DNA from: Nemertoderma westbladi
Taxonomy: Eukaryota; Animalia; Xenacoelomorpha
NCBI GenBank assembly: GCA_032718475.1
Contig: JAUCBJ010000678.1
Span: 62,001-126,000, forward strand
DNA: 64,000 nucleotides
Direction: 5' to 3'
Shown here: one piece after another, positions 27,301 to 40,700 of the stretch
Layout: the number at the start of each line of letters is the position of its first letter
How positions within the stretch are numbered: position 1 is the first letter of the stretch
Notes under the pieces: generated by a model
Seen by the model: only the letters and a program-made list of their open reading frames with translations
Told to the model about the DNA's origin: nothing
Databases searched by the model: none
Translations under genes and position numbers: made by a program

Positions 27301-30300
27301 GTCGGCTAACAATGTAAGTTGAGTTTATAAACACTACAACACCAACCGCAGTGAAAACATACACCCTCAGTCGGCTAACAATGTAAGTTGAGTTTATAAA
27401 CACTACAACACCAACCGCAGTGAAAACATACACCCTCAGTCGGCTAACAATGTAAGTTGAGTTTATAAACACTACAACACCAACCGCAGTGAAAACATAC
27501 ACCCTCAGTCGGCTAACAATGTAAGTTGAGTTTATAAACACTACAACACCAACCGCAGTGAAAACATACACCCTCAGTCGGCTAACAATATAAGTTGAGT
27601 TTATAAACACTACAACACCAACCGCAGTGAAAACATACACCCTCAGTCGGCTAACAATGTAAGTTGAGTTTATAAACACTACAACACCAACCGCAGTGAA
27701 AACGTACACCCTCAGTCGGCTAACAATGTAAGTTGAGTTTATAAACACTACAACACCAACCGCAGTGAAAAAATACAACCTCAGTCGGCTAACAATGTAA
27801 GTTGAGTAGTTTATAAACACTACAACACCAACCGCAGTAAAAACATACAACCTCAGTCGGCTAACAATGTAAGTTGAGTTTATAAACACTACAACACCAA
27901 CCGCAGTGAAAACATACAACCTCAGTCGGCTAACAATGTAAGTAGAGTAGTTTATAAACACTACAACACCAACCGCAGTGAAAACATACACCCTCAGTCG
28001 GCTAACAATGTAAGTTGAGTTTATAAACACTACAACACCAACCGCAGTGAAAACATACACCCTCAGTCGGCTAACAATGTAAGTTGAGTTTATAAACACT
28101 ACAACACCAACCGCAGTGAAAACATACACCCTCAGTCGGCTAACAATGTAAGTTGAGTTTATAAACACTACAACACCAACCGCAGTGAAAACATACACCC
28201 TCAGTCGGCTAACAATGTAAGTTGAGTTTATAAACACTACAACACCAACCGCAGTGAAAACACACACCCTCAGTCGGCTAACAATATAAGTTGAGTTTAT
28301 AAACACTACAACACCAACCGCAGTGAAAACATACACCCTCAGTCGGATAACAATGTAAGTTGAGTTTATAAACACTACAACACCAACCGCAGTGAAAACA
28401 TACAACCTCAGTCGGCTAACAATGTAATGTAAGTTGAGTTTATAAACACTACAACACCAACGGCAGTGAAAACATACACCCCCAGTCTGCTAACAATGTA
28501 AGTTGAGTTTATAAACACTACAACACCAACCGCAGTGAAAACATACACCCTCAGTCGGCTAAAAATGTAAGTTGAGTTTATAAACACTACAACACCAACG
28601 GCAGTGAAAACATACACCCCCAGTCTGCTAACAATGTAAGTTGAGTTTATAAACACGACAACACCAACCGCAGTGAAAACATACACCCTCAGTCGGCTAA
28701 AAATGTAAGTTGAGTTTATAAACACTACAACACCAACCGCAGTGAAAACATACACCCTCAGTCGGCTAACAATGTAAGTTGAGTTTATAAACACTACAAC
28801 ACCAACCGCAGTGAAAACATACACCCTCAGTCGGCTAAAAATGTAAGTTGAGTTTATAAACACTACAACACCAACCGCAGTGAAAACATACACCCTCAGT
28901 CGGCTAACAATGTAAGTTGAGTTTATAAACACTACAACACCAACCGCAGTGAAAACATACCCCCTCAGTCGGCTAACAATGTAAGTTGAGTTTATAAACA
29001 CTACAACACCAACGGCAGTGAAAACATACACCCTCAGTCGGCTAACAATGTAAGTTGAGTTTATAAACACTGCAACACCAACCGCAGTGAAAACATACAC
29101 CCTCAGTCGGCTAACAATGTAAGTTGAGTTTATAAACACTACAACACCAATCGCAGTAAAAACATACACCCTCAGTCGGCTAACAATGTAATGTAAGTTG
29201 AGTTTATAAACACTACAACACCAACGGCAGTGAAAACATACACCCTCAGTCGGCTAACAATGTAAGTTGAGTTTATAAACACTACAACACCAATCGCAGT
29301 AAAAACATACACCCTCAGTCGGCTAACAATGTAATGTAAGTTGAGTTTATAAACACTACAACACCAACGGCAGTGAAAACATACACCCTCAGTCGGCTAA
29401 CAATGCAAGTTGCGTTTATAAACACTACAACACCAACGGCAGTGAAAACATACACCCTCAGTCGGCTAACAATGTAAGTTGAATTTATAAACACTACAAC
29501 ACCAACGGCAGTGAAAACATACCCCCTCAGTCGGCTAACAATGTAAGTTGAGTTTATAAACACTACAACACCAACCGCAGTGAAAACATACACCCTCAGT
29601 CGGCTAACAATGTAAGTTGAGTTTATAAACACTACAACACCAACGGCAGTGAAAACATACACCCTCAGTCGGCTAACAATGTAAGTTGAGTTTATAAACA
29701 CTACAACACCAACCGCAGTGAAAACATTCACCCTCAGTCGGCTAACAATGTAAGTTGAGTTTATAAACACTACAACACCAACCGCAGTGAAAACATACAC
29801 CCTCAGTCGGCTAACAATGTAAGTTGAGTTTATAAATACTACAACACCAACCGCAGTGAAAACATACACCCTCAGTCGGCTAACAATGTAAGTTGAGATT
29901 ATAAACACTACAAAACCAACCGCAGTGAATACATACACCCTCAGTCGGCTAACAATGTAAGTTGAGTTTGTAAACACTACAACACCAACCGCAGTGAAAA
30001 CATACACCCTCAGTCGGCTAACAATGTAAGTTGAGTTTATAAACACTACAACACCAACGGCAGTGAAAACATACCCCCTCAGTCGGCTAACAATGTAAGT
30101 TGAGTTTAAAAACACTACAACACCAACGGCAGTGAAAACATACACCCTCAGTCGGCTAACAATGAAGTTGAGTTTATAAACACTACAACACCAACGGCAG
30201 TGAAAACATACCCCCTCAGTCGGCTAACAATGTAAGTTGAGTTTATAAACACTACAACACCAACGGCAGTGAAAACATACACCCTCAGTCGGCTAACAAT

Positions 30301-33300
30301 GTAAGTTAAGATTATAAACACTACAACACCAACCGCAGTGAATACATACACCCTCAGTCGGCTAACAATGTAAGTTGAGTTTGTAAACACTACAACACCA
30401 ACCGCAGTGAAAACATACACCCTCAGTCGGCTAACAATGTAAGTTGAGTTTATAAACACTACAACACCAAACGCAGTGAATACATACACCCTCAGTCGGC
30501 TAACATTGTAAGTTGAGTTTATAAACACTACAACACCAACCGCAGTGAAAACATACACCCTCAGTCGGCTAACAATGTAATGTAAGTTGAGTTTATAAAC
30601 ACTACAACACCAACGGCAGTGAAAACATAAACCCTCAGTCGGCTAACAATGTAAGTTGAGTTTATAAACACTACAACACCAACGGCATTGAAAACATACC
30701 CCCTCAGTCGGCTAACAATGTAAGTTGAGTTTATAAACACTACAACACCAAACGCAGTGAATACATACACCCTCAGTCGGCTAACATTGTAAGTTGAGTT
30801 TATAAACACTACAACACCAAACGCAGTGAATACATACACCCTCAGTCGGCTAACAATGTAAGTTGAGTTTATAAACACTACAACACCAACCGCAGTGAAA
30901 ACATACACCCTCAGTCGGCTAACAATGTAATGTAAGTTGAGTTTATAAACACTACAACACCAACGGCAGTGAAAACATAAACCCTCAGTCGGCTAACAAT
31001 GTAAGTTGAGTTTATAAACACTACAACACCAACGGCATTGAAAACATACCCCCTCAGTCGGCTAACAATGTAAGTTGAGTTTATAAACACTACAACACCA
31101 AACGCAGTGAATACATACACCCTCAGTCGGCTAACATTGTAAGTTGAGTTTATAAACACTACAACACCTACCGCAGTAAAAACATACACCCTCAGTCGGC
31201 TAAAAATGTAAGTTGAGTTTATAAACACTACAACACCAACGGCATTGAAAACATACCCCCTCAGTCGGCTAACAATGTAAGTTGAGTTTATAAACACTAC
31301 AACACCAAACGCAGTGAATACATACGCCCTCAGTCGGCTAACATTGTAAGTTGAGTTTATAAACACTACAACACCAACCGCAGTGAAAACATTCACCCTC
31401 AGTCGGCTAACAATGTAAGTTGAGTTTATAAACACTACAACACCAACCGCAGTGAAAACATACACCCTCAGTCGGCTAACAATGTAAGTTGAGTTTATAA
31501 ATACTACAACACCAACCGCAGTGAAAACATACACCCTCAGTCGGCTAACAATGTAAGTTGAGATTATAAACACTTCAACACCAACCGCAGTGAATACATA
31601 CACCCTCAGTCGGCTAACAATGTAAGTTGAGTTTGTAAACACTACAACACCAACCGCAGTGAAAACATACACCCTCAGTCGGCTAACAATGTAAGTTGAG
31701 TTTATAAACACTACAACACCAACGGCAGTGAAAACATACCCCCTCAGTCGGCTAACAATGTAAGTTGAGTTTATAAACACTACAACACCAACCGCAGTGA
31801 AAACATACACCCTCAGTCGGCTAACAATGTAAGTTGAGTTTATAAATACTACAACACCAACCGCAGTGAAAACATACACCCTCAGTCGGCTAACAATGTA
31901 AGTTGAGATTATAAACACTTCAACACCAACCGCAGTGAATACATACACCCTCAGTCGGCTAACAATGTAAGTTGAGTTTATAAACACTACAACACTAACC
32001 GCAGTGAAAACATACCCCCTCAGTCGGCTAACAATGTAAGTTGAGTTTATAAACACTACAACACCAAACGCAGTGAATACATACACCCTCAGTCGGCTAA
32101 CATTGTAAGTTGAGTTTATGAACACTACAACACCAACCGCAGTGAAAACATTCACCCTCAGTCGGCTAACAATGTAAGTTGAGTTTATAAACACTACAAC
32201 ACCAACCGCAGTGAAAACATACACCCTCAGTCGGCTAACAATGTAAGTTGAGTTTATAAATACTACAACACCAACCGCAGTGAAAACATACACCCTCAGT
32301 CGGCTAACAATGTAAGTTGAGATTATAAACACTTCAACACCAACCGCAGTGAATACATACACCCTCAGTCGGCTAACAATGTAAGTTGAGTTTGTAAACA
32401 CTACAACACCAACCGCAGTGAAAACATACACCCTCAGTCGGCTAACAATGTAAGTTGAGTTTATAAACACTACAACACCAACGGCAGTGAAAACATACCC
32501 CCTCAGTCGGCTAACAATGTAAGTTGAGTTTATAAACACTACAACACCAACGGCAGTGAAAACATACACCCTCAGTCGGCTAACAATGAAGTTGAGTTTA
32601 TAAACACTACAACACCAACGGCAGTGAAAACATACCCCCTCAGTCGGCTAACAATGTAAGATGAGTTTATAAACACTACAACACCAACGGCAGTGAAAAC
32701 ATACACCCTCAGTCGGCTAACAATGTAAGTTGAGATTATAAACACTACAACACCAACCGCAGTGAATACATACACCCTCAGTCGGCTAACAATGTAAGTT
32801 GAGTTTGTAAACACTACAACACCAACCGCAGTGAAAACATACACCCTCAGTCGGCTCAAAATGTAAGTTGAGTTTATAAACACTACAACACCAACGGCAG
32901 TGAAAACATACACCCTCAGTCGGCTAACATTGTAAGTTGAGTTTATAAACACTACAACACCAACCGCAGTGAAAACATACACCCTCAGTCGGCTAACAAT
33001 GTAAGTTGTGTTTATAAACACTACAACACCAACCGCAGTGAAAACATACACCCTCAGTCGGCTAACAATGTAAGTTGAGTTTGTAAACACTACAACACCA
33101 ACCGCAGTGAAAACATACACCCTCAGTCGGCTAACAATGTAAGTTGAGTTTATAAACACTACAACACCAACGGCAGTGAAAACATACTCCCTCAGTCGGC
33201 TAACAATGTAAGTTGAGTTTATAAACACTACAACACCAACGGCAGTGAAAACATACACCCTCAGTCGGCTAACAATGTAATGTAAGTTGAGTTTATAAAC

Positions 33301-34593
33301 ACTACAACACCAACCGCAGTGAAAACATACACCCTCAGTCGGCTAACAATGTAAGTTGAGTTTATAAACACTACAACACCAATCGCAGTAAAAACATACA
33401 CCCTCAGTCGGCTAACAATGTAATGTAAGTTGAGTTTATAAACACTACAACACCAACGGCAGTGAAAACATACACCCTCAGTCGGCTAACAATATAAGTT
33501 GAGTTTATAAACACTACAACACCAACAGCAGTGAAAACATACACCCTCAATCGGCTAACAATGTAAGTTGAGTAGTTTATAAACACTACAACACCAACCG
33601 CAGTGAAAACATACACCCTCAGTCGGCTAACAATGTAAGTTGAGTTTATAAACACTACAACACCAATCGCAGTAAAAACATACACCCTCAGTCGGCTAAC
33701 AATGTAATGTAAGTTGAGTTTATAAACACTACAACACCAACGGCAGTGAAAACATACACCCTCAGTCGGCTAACAATGTAAGTTGAGTTTATAAACACTA
33801 CAACACCAATCGCAGTAAAAACATACACCCTCAGTCGGCTAACAATGTAATGTAAGTTGAGTTTATAAACACTACAACACCAACGGCAGTGAAAACATAC
33901 ACCCTCAGTCGGCTAACAATGTAAGTTGAGTTTATAAACACTACAACACAAACGGCAGTGAAAACATACACCCTCAGTCGGATAACAATGTAAGTTGAGT
34001 TTATAAACACTACAACACCAACCGCAGTGAAAACATACACCCTCAGTCGGCTAACAATGTAATGTAAGTTGAGTTTATAAACACTACAACACCAAACGCA
34101 GTGAAAACATACCCCCTCAGTCGGCTAACAACAATGTAATGTAAGTTGAGTTTATAAACACTACAACACCAACCGCAGTGAAAACATACACCCTCAGTCG
34201 GCTAACAATGTAATGTAAGTTGAGTTTATAAACACTACAACACCAACGACCGTTAAAACATACACCCTCAGTCGGCTAAAAATGTAAGTTGAGTTTATGA
34301 ACACTACAACACTAACCGCAGTGAAAACATACACCCTCAGTCGGCTAACAATGTAAGTTGAGATTATAAACACTACAACACCAACCGCAGTAAAAACATA
34401 CACCCTCAGTCGGCTAACAATGTAATGTAAGTTGAGTTTATAAACACTACAACACCAACGGCAGTTAAAACATACACCCTCAGTCGGCTAACAATGTAAG
34501 TTGAGTTTATAAACACTACAACACCAACCGCAGTAAAAACATACACCATCAGTCGGCTAACAATGTAATGTAAGTTGAGTTTATAAACACTAC
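21253..34593. repeat. 69-bp tandem repeat (72/74-bp variants), about 190 copies, derived from the P450 exon 3/intron junction
   Basis: Unit gagtttataaacactacaacaccaaccgcagtgaaaacatacaccctcagtcggctaacaat|gtaagtt; the first copy is the coding exon end. Confidence 0.98.
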
Positions 34594-34707
34594 GGCTGGC
34601 ATTATTGTACACTTTGGGCCACAGTTGTTACATTTATTTTGATAAGTTTAAATGTTTAAAGGTTCCATGATGCAAACACATGAACATTGATAGCCAGTAG
34701 CTCCGAG

Positions 34708-37700
34708 AGATTCCCCGTACTTAGTTCCAATTTAAGCCTCATGCGAATTTAGTTGCAATGGAAACGAATTTAGTTACAATTTAGGCGAACTTAGTTACAA
34801 TAAAAAGGGAAAGACGAAAACGAATTTGGTTCAAATGCAGGCGAACTTAGTTCCAATGGATGCGAACTTAGTTCCAATGGATGCGAACTTAGTTCCAATG
34901 GATGCGAACTTAGTTCCAATGGATGCGAATTTAGTTACAATTTAGGCGAACTTAGTTACAATGGATGCGAATTTAGTTACAATTTAGGCGAACTTAGTTA
35001 CAATAAAAAGGGAAAGACGAAAACGAATTTAGTTCAAATGCAGGCGAACTTAGTTCCAATGGATGCGAACTTAGTTCCAATGGATGCGAACTTAGTTCCA
35101 ATGGATGCGAATTTAGTTCCAACTTTTCAGGTGTGGGGCGAGCCACGTATTTCGGTGTGGCACTGTTTAATGCCACTATTAGGTAATTGGGTAAATAATA
35201 ATTGTAAATAAGTAACCCAAACAACGCCCAACCTGCTAACACAAATAACGCCGTAGAACGAAAACGTATTTGGTGTGAAAATGGGCAAATGTGCATGACT
35301 TCAGTATATAATTCAGTCAGTCAGAATCAGTATACTCGTTATTAATATATATTTTAAAATGTGTAATTATACATTTAATTCATTAATAATAATTCGTTTT
35401 TAAAAATTGACAGAATGGTTTTACAATTATTTACAATTATTGTTGACCCTGACCCACCCCAAATAGTGGCAATACGCAATAGGCTTCGCCTATTACGTGG
35501 CTATCTATCCCCACGATTGAAACATTGGAACTAAGTTCATTTTGGAACTTGGAACTTGGAATTTGGAACTAAGTTCATTTTGGCATCCATTGGAACTAAA
35601 TTCGCTTATTGGAACTAAGTTCGCTTATTGGAACTAAGTTCGCATCCATTGGAACTAAATTCGCATCCATTGGAACTAAATTCGTATCCATTGGAACTAA
35701 ATTCGTATCCATTGGAAGTAAATTCGCTTATTGGAACTAAGTTCGCTTCCATTGGAATTATATTTGCATGCATTGGAACTAAGTTCGTATCCATTGGAAC
35801 TAAATTCACATCCATTGGAACTAAGTTCGCTTCCATTGTAACTAAATTCGCTTCTATTGGAACTAAATTCGCATCCATTGGAACTAAATTCGCATCCATT
35901 GGAACTAAATTCGTATCCATTGGAACTAAATTCGTATCCATTGGAAGTAAATTCGCTTATTGGAACTAAGTTCGCTTCCATTGGAATTATATTTGCATGC
36001 ATTGGAACTAAGTTCGTATCCATTGGAAGTAAATTCGCTTATTGGAACTAAGTTCGCTTCCATTGGAATTATATTTGCATGCATTGGAACTAAGTTCGCA
36101 TCCGTTGGAACTAAATTCGCATCCATTGGAACTAAGTTCGCTTCCATTGTAACTAAATTCGCTTCCATTGGAATTATATTCGCATGCATTGGAACTAAGT
36201 TCGCATCCGTTGGAACTAAATTCGTATGCATTGGAACTAAATTCACATGCATTGGAACTAAATTAGTTTTAGTCTTTCCCTTGTTATTGGAACTAAGTTC
36301 GCATCCATTGGGACTAAATTCGTTTTAGTCTTTCCCTTGTTATTGGAACTAAGTTCGTATCCATTGGAACTAAGTTCGTATCCATTGGAACTAAATTTGC
36401 TTCAATTGGAACTAAATTCGCATGCATTGGAACTAAATTAGTTTTAGTCTTTCCCTTATTATTGGAACTAAGTTCGCATCCATTGGGACTAAATTCGTTT
36501 TAGTCTTTCCCTTGTTATTGGAACTAAGTTCGTATCCATTGGAACTAAGTTCGTATCCATTGGAACTAAGTTCGCATCCATTGGGACTAAATTCGTTTTA
36601 GTCTTTCCCTTGTTATTGGAACTAAGTTCGCTTCCATTGGAACTAGGTTCGCATCCATTGGAACTAAATTTGCTTCCATTGGAACTAAATTTGCTCCCAT
36701 TGGAACTAAATTCGTTTTAGTCTTTCCCTTGTGATTGGAACTAAGTTCGTATCCATTGGAACTAAGTTCGTATCCATTGGAACTAAATTTGCTTCAATTG
36801 GAACTAAATTCGCATGCATTGGAACTAAATTCGCATGCATTGTAACTAAATTCGCATGCATTGGAACTAATTTCGTTTTAGTCTTTCCCTTGTTATTGGA
36901 ACTAAGTTAATATCCATTGGAACTAAATTTGCTCCCATTGGAACTAAATTCGTATGCATTGGAACTAAATTCGCATCCATTGGAACTAAATTCGTTTTAG
37001 TATTTCCCTTGTTATTGGAACTAAGTTAATATCCATTGGAACTAAATTTGCTCCCATTGGAACTAAATTCGTATGCATTGGAACTAAATTCACATGCATT
37101 GGAACTAAATTTGTTTTAGTCTTTCCCTTGTTATTGGAACTAAGTTCGTATCCATTGGAACTAAATTTGCTTCCATTGGAACTAAATTCGCATGCATTGG
37201 AACTAAATTCGCATGCATTGGAACTAAATTCGCATGCATTGGAACTAAATTCGTTTTAGTCTTTCCCTTGTTATTGGAACTAAGTTAATATCCATTGGAA
37301 CTAAATTTGCTCCCATTGGAACTAAATTCGTATGCATTGGAACTAAATTCGCATCCATTGGAACTAAATTCGTTTTAGTCTTTCCCTTGTTATTGGAACT
37401 AAGTTAATATCCATTGGAACTAAATTTGCTCCCATTGGAACTAAATTCGTATGCATTGGAACTAAATTCACATCCATTGGAACTAAATTCGCATGCATTG
37501 GAACTAAATTCGCATGCATTGGAACTAAATTCGTTTTAGTCTTTCCCTTGTTATTGGAACTAAGTTCGTATCCATTGGAACTAAGTTCGTATCCATTGGA
37601 ACTAAATTTGCTTCCATTGGAACTAAATTCGCATGCATTGGAACTAATTTCGTTTTAGTCTTTCCCTTGTTATTGGAACTAAGTTCGTATCCATTGGAAC

Positions 37701-40700
37701 TAAGTTCGTATCCATTGGAACTAAGTTCGTATCCATTGGAACTAAATTTGCTCCCATTGGAACTAAATTTGTTTTAGTCTTTCCCTTTTTATTGGAACTA
37801 AGTTCGTATCCATTGGAACTAAATTCGTTTTAGTCTTTCCCTTGTTATTGGAACTAAGTTCGTATCCATTGGAACTAAATTTGCTTCAATTGGAACTAAA
37901 TTCGCATGCATTGGAACTAAATTCACATGCATTGGAACTAAATTCGTTTTAGTCTTTCCCTTGTTATTGGAACTAAGTTCGTATCCATTGGAACTAAATT
38001 CGTTTTAGTCTTTCCCTTGTTATTGGAACTAAGTTAATATCCATTGGAACTAAATTTGCTTCAATTGGAACTAAATTCGCATGCATTGGAACTAAGTTCA
38101 CATGCATTGGAACTAAATTCGTTTTAGTCTTTCCCTTGTTATTGGAACTAAGTTCGTATCCATTGGAACTAAGTTCGTATCCATTGGAACTAAATTTGCT
38201 CTCATTGGAACTAAATTTGTTTTAGTCTTTCCCTTGTTATTGGAACTAAGTTCGTATCCATTGGAACTAAATTCGTTTTAGTCTTTCCCTTGTTATTGGA
38301 ACTAAGTTCGTATCCATTGGAACTAAGTTCGTATCCATTGGAACTAAGTTCGTATCCATTGGAACTAAATTTGCTTCAATTGGAACTAAATTCGCATGCA
38401 TTGGAACTAAATTTGCTCCCATTGGAACTAAATTCGCATGCATTGGAACTAAATTTGCTCCCATTGGAACTAAATTCGCATGCATTGGAACTAAATTCGT
38501 TCTAGTCTTTCCCTTGTTATTGGAACTAAGTTCGTATCCATTGGAACTAAATTCGTTTTAGTCTTTCCCTTGTTATTGGAACTAAGTTCGTATCCATTGG
38601 AACTAAATTCGCATGCATTGGAACTAAATTCGCATGCATTGGAACTAATTTCGTTTTAGTCTTTCCCTTGTTATTGGAACTAAGTTAATATCCATTGGAA
38701 CTAAATTTGCTCCCATTGGAACTAAATTCGCATGCATTGGAACTAAATTCGTTTTAGTCTTTCCCTTGTTATTGGAACTAAGTTCGTATCCATTGGAACT
38801 AAATTTGCTTCCATTGGAACTAAATTCGCATGCATTGGATCTAAATTCGTTTTATTATTTCACTTGTTATTTGAACTAAGTTCGTATCCATTGGAACTAA
38901 ATTCGTTTTAGTCTTTCCCTTGTTATTGGAACTAAGTTCGTATCCATTGGAACTAAATTTGCTCCCATTGGAACTAAATTTGTTTTAGTCTTTCCCTTGT
39001 TATTGGAACTAAGTTCGTATCCATTGGAACTAAATTCGTTTTAGTCTTTCCCTTGTTATTGGAACTAAGTTTGTATCCATTGGAACTAAATTTGCTCCCA
39101 TTGGAACTAAATTTGTTTTATTCTTTCCCTTGTTATTGGAACTAAGTTCGTATCCATTGGAACTAAATTCGTTTTAGTCTTTCCCTTGTTATTGGAACTA
39201 AGTTCGTATCCATTGGAACGAAATTCGTTTTAGTCTTTCCCTTGTTATTGGAACTAAATTCGTATCCATTGGAACTAAATTTGCTCCCATTGGAACTAAA
39301 TTCGTTTTAGTCTTTCCCTTGTTATTGGAACTAAGTTCGTATCCATTGGAACTAAATTCGCTTCCATTGGAACTAAATTCGCTTCAATTGGAACTAAATT
39401 CGCTTCCATTGGAACTAAATTTGCTTCCATTGGAACTAAATTCGCATGCATTGGAACTAAATTCGCATGCATTGGAACTAAATTCGCATGCATTGGAACT
39501 AAATTCGTTTTAGTCTTTCCCTTGTTATTGGAACTAAGTTAATATCCATTGGAACTAAATTTGCTCCCATTGGAACTAAATTCGTATGCATTGGAACTAA
39601 ATTCGCATCCATTGGAACTAAATTCGTTTTAGTCTTTCCCTTGTTATTGGAACTAAGTTAATATCCATTGGAACTAAATTTGCTCCCATTGGAACTAAAT
39701 TCGTATGCATTGGAACTAAATTCACATCCATTGGAACTAAATTCGCATGCATTGGAACTAAATTCGCATACATTGGAACTAAATTCGTTTTAGTCTTTCC
39801 CTTGTTATTGGAACTAAGTTCGTATCCATTGGAACTAAGTTCGTATCCATTGGAACTAAATTTGCTTCCATTGGAACTAAATTCACATGCATTGGAACTA
39901 AATTCGTTTTAGTCTTTCCCTTGTTATTGGAACTAAGTTCGCATCCATTGGAACTAAGTTCGCATCCATTGGAACTAAATTTGCTTCAATTGGAACTAAA
40001 TTCGCATGCATTGGAACTAATTTCGTTTTAGTCTTTCCCTTGTTATTGGAACTAAGTTCGTATCCATTGGAACTAAATTTGCTCCCATTGGAACTAAATT
40101 TGTTTTAGTCTTTCCCTTGTTATTGGAACTAAGTTCGTATCCATTGGAACTAAATTCGTTTTAGTCTTTCCCTTGTTATTGGAACTAAGTTCGTATCCAT
40201 TGGAACTAAATTTGCTTCAATTGGAACTAAATTCGCATCCATTGGAACTAAATTTGCTCCCATTGGAACTAAATTTGTTTTAGTCTTTCCCTTGTTATTG
40301 GAACTAAGTTCGTATCCATTGGAACTAAATTCGTTTTAGTCTTTCCCTTGTTATTGGAACTAAGTTCGTATCCATTGGAACTAAATTTGCTTCAATTGGA
40401 ACTAAATTCGCATGCATTGGAACTAAATTTGCTCCCATTGGAACTAAATTTGTTTTAGTCTTTCCCTTGTTATTGGAACTAAGTTCGTATCCATTGGAAC
40501 TAAATTCGTTTTAGTCTTTCCCTTGTTATTGGAACTAAGTTAATATCCATTGGAACTAAATTTGCTTCAATTGGAACTAAATTCGCATGCATTGGAACTA
40601 AATTCACATCCATTGGAACTAATTTCGTTTTAGTCTTTCCCTTGTTATTGGAACTAAGTTCGTATCCATTGGAACTAAGTTCGTATCCATTGGAACTAAA

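Noticed and set aside
21253-34593. CRISPR-like array
   Set aside because: Units are near-identical along their whole length, with no unique spacers and no cas genes; eukaryotic context
21129-34612. Minus-strand ORFs up to 1003 aa
   Set aside because: Antisense reading of a 69-bp repeat whose origin is the plus-strand exon; broken at random by indel variants
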